Assembly: GCA_016934225.1 (NCBI GenBank)
Contig: JAFGTH010000202.1
Span: 1 to 32,924 of the forward strand
Direction of reading: 5' to 3'
Length of the DNA stretch: 32,924 nt
From: Lentisphaerota bacterium
Lineage (GTDB): Bacteria; Verrucomicrobiota; Kiritimatiellia; UBA8416; JAFGTH01
A program made the position numbers and the translations under genes. The notes under the pieces were generated by a model. The model searched no databases and was not told where the DNA came from. It saw nothing but the letters and a program-made list of their open reading frames with translations. This document shows, piece after piece, positions 31,437 to 32,924 of the stretch; the first letter of the stretch is position 1, and every line of letters begins with the position of its first letter.

Positions 31437-32924
31437 TCATCCAATCCATATGGGCGAACTCCAAGCGGACTCCCTGTCAATCTGTACAACGCGTATGTAA
31501 TAGGACGCTGGGTCTTTCGGATTGTAATTTTTGTCTTCCCACTCTTCTTGTACTTCCCGCTGGCCATGGCAGGGAATGGTGTATGCGATCCTTCCGTTCT
31601 TGACTATTCGGATGTGATCCAGCCCATTTGTTCCTGTGCAAGATATGCTGAGTTGCGGCACACGGCCGGAAGGCAAGGCATGGATCTCAGACCCCATCAG
31701 CGCATTACCGATCCTGTAGTCCAGTTGGATGGGCGTTCCGGTTGTGGCGTAGCAACGCCGCGCATAGAGCGCATCATATACAGCGGCTCGCGTCAGTTCT
31801 GGGGCCAGAACGACTGCCCGCCCCGATCCGCAGAAATGGAAGATATGGTGGTGCTTGACCAGCGGACTTTGCGCGTTGCCCGGATGACCATCGTGACCGT
31901 CTGAAGAAGCGATGACGCCGTACCGCCGACCACGATGCATGGCGTCATGGAAATCTCCGCTTCGGAACCGGTCCGACACGCCTCGGGGAAAATCGCCGTA
32001 GTATTCGCTCGATCCCCAGCTCGAATAGATCTCGTATAGGCGATCATATCGAGGATCATAAAAATCCAGGTTCAAAGGATGTGATGTGGCCGAAGGATGA
32101 TGCGGAACCGTAAGAAATGGGACGCCAGTCTTCTCCATGGCATTCCATAGATCTTTTGGAGTGTTGCACTTGGATGGATCCAATGTCGGGAAACCCCAGT
32201 CATTATTGTTGTTGAACACGGTTCCACCGCTCTCACGGAAGTAAACATTTCTGTGCCCGTAGAGAAGATTAGTATACTCGAAGGCGGGTAAACACACGAA
32301 ACGACCATCATCGTTGTATGTGTCCGCCATGCCTAGGTATTCATCCGTGTGGTGGGGATCAATTTGCCACTCGTGATCCGTCAGGGCATAGAAGTCAAGA
32401 GCGCCCGGTTCTCGAGCGTATTTATAGTTGTCAACGCGGCTACCTATTCCGCAGCCCTTGTTTTCGCACTGATCCATGACCTGGCCGCTATGCGTATGAA
32501 TATCACCGAAAAAGAGTTGATAGTCACCAGCTTTGGGGCGAGCATTCTGAAAAAGAAGACCTGCAGCGTTCCAAATATCAGAAGTTTGCATGATACTCGC
32601 ACAAGGCTCGATCTGTATCCAACGAGTGGATGGAACATCGGCAATTGGTTCTACACGGATGGTGGCCGCCTTTCCCCTTTGCAGCCAAGATGTTGGGATT
32701 TTCAGCATAGCAGGACCGAACGCAGCGGTACTTTCATCTTTGATTATGGAACTTAGATACAAACCTCCATAAGGGGGAGCGCTTTCAATACGGTTAGCCG
32801 AAAACGCAAATGAGCAGTCATTCCCTCGCCACAACTGAGAGTGATTGACGCCACGGATACGAATTGCGGCGCGGCCATTTACGAAAATCTGCCATGACCC
32901 GGTTGGCTGCGGCAGACGACTGCC
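31437..32924 (-). CDS. DUF3604-like (PHP-fold) metal-dependent hydrolase, 5'-partial
   Basis: Motifs FFGDIHTHSG, FYALTDHEW, AFEYTNLLYGHRNVYF, VPHHPSATSH, SSWGSSEY and IASSDGHDGHPGN fit the DUF3604 pattern. The frame has no stop between the TTG at 32834 and the window end (…GSRLPQPTGSWQIFVNGRAAIRIRGVNHSQ-LWRG…), so the gene probably starts outside the window. Confidence 0.75.
   Translation of the reverse strand, partial: GSRLPQPTGSWQIFVNGRAAIRIRGVNHSQLWRGNDCSFAFSANRIESAPPYGGLYLSSIIKDESTAAFGPAMLKIPTSWLQRGKAATIRVEPIADVPSTRWIQIEPCASIMQTSDIWNAAGLLFQNARPKAGDYQLFFGDIHTHSGQVMDQCENKGCGIGSRVDNYKYAREPGALDFYALTDHEWQIDPHHTDEYLGMADTYNDDGRFVCLPAFEYTNLLYGHRNVYFRESGGTVFNNNNDWGFPTLDPSKCNTPKDLWNAMEKTGVPFLTVPHHPSATSHPLNLDFYDPRYDRLYEIYSSWGSSEYYGDFPRGVSDRFRSGDFHDAMHRGRRYGVIASSDGHDGHPGNAQSPLVKHHHIFHFCGSGRAVVLAPELTRAAVYDALYARRCYATTGTPIQLDYRIGNALMGSEIHALPSGRVPQLSISCTGTNGLDHIRIVKNGRIAYTIPCHGQREVQEEWEDKNYNPKDPASYYIRVVQIDRESAWSSPIWIG

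Overview
This is a 32.9-kb chromosomal window with about 26 intact protein genes, one tRNA, one small mobile element and several gene remnants. I saw no rRNA genes and no CRISPR array.

Layout, left to right:
- 1-2607: a 5'-partial unknown protein followed by a PilX/GspK-like pseudopilin.
- 2821-6671: divergent rtcB (-) and lon (+).
- 7013-8385: an eroded mobile or defence islet abutting the 3' end of tRNA-Ser(GCU). It holds an intact RHH gene and an ORF6N gene, then a chimeric stump of a DNA methyltransferase N-terminus joined to a P-loop ATPase fragment.
- 8582-12150: a Gfo/Idh/MocA oxidoreductase, a secreted discoidin-domain protein, and a cytidylyltransferase::GHMP-kinase fusion.
- 12293-17742: a signalling cluster of a NarL-type response regulator, a receiver lacking its phospho-acceptor Asp, two paralogous hybrid histidine kinases, and a CheY-like receiver.
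- 18235-21318: a NifX-like protein, an Mrp/NBP35::NifX-like fusion, and an NADH-oxidase/CoA-disulfide-reductase-like flavoprotein.
- 21381-26520 (-): a translationally coupled operon of ADP-forming acetyl-CoA synthetase, CoA-transferase::Pat-type GNAT fusion, and AcuC-type deacetylase.
- 26671-30336: a XylR/V4R-type sigma-54 activator divergent from a near-consensus sigma-54 promoter that drives an M20 hydrolase and a truncated acetate kinase.
- 30343-31429: a Y1 (HUH) transposase bracketed by perfect 29-bp inverted repeats (REPtron-like). It sits exactly where the acetate kinase homology stops.
- 31437-32924 (-): a 5'-partial DUF3604-like metallohydrolase.

The gene repertoire weakly suggests an anaerobic or facultative PVC-type bacterium; this is inference only.

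Best candidates for something undescribed:
1. The acyl-CoA / lysine-acylation writer-eraser operon with its domain-swapped GNAT, together with the adjacent sigma-54 regulon.
2. The Asp-less pseudo-receiver translationally coupled to a hybrid kinase.
3. The REPtron-like element that killed ackA.
4. The cytidylyltransferase::GHMP fusion.

All functional calls come from motif recognition by eye. No database search was run.
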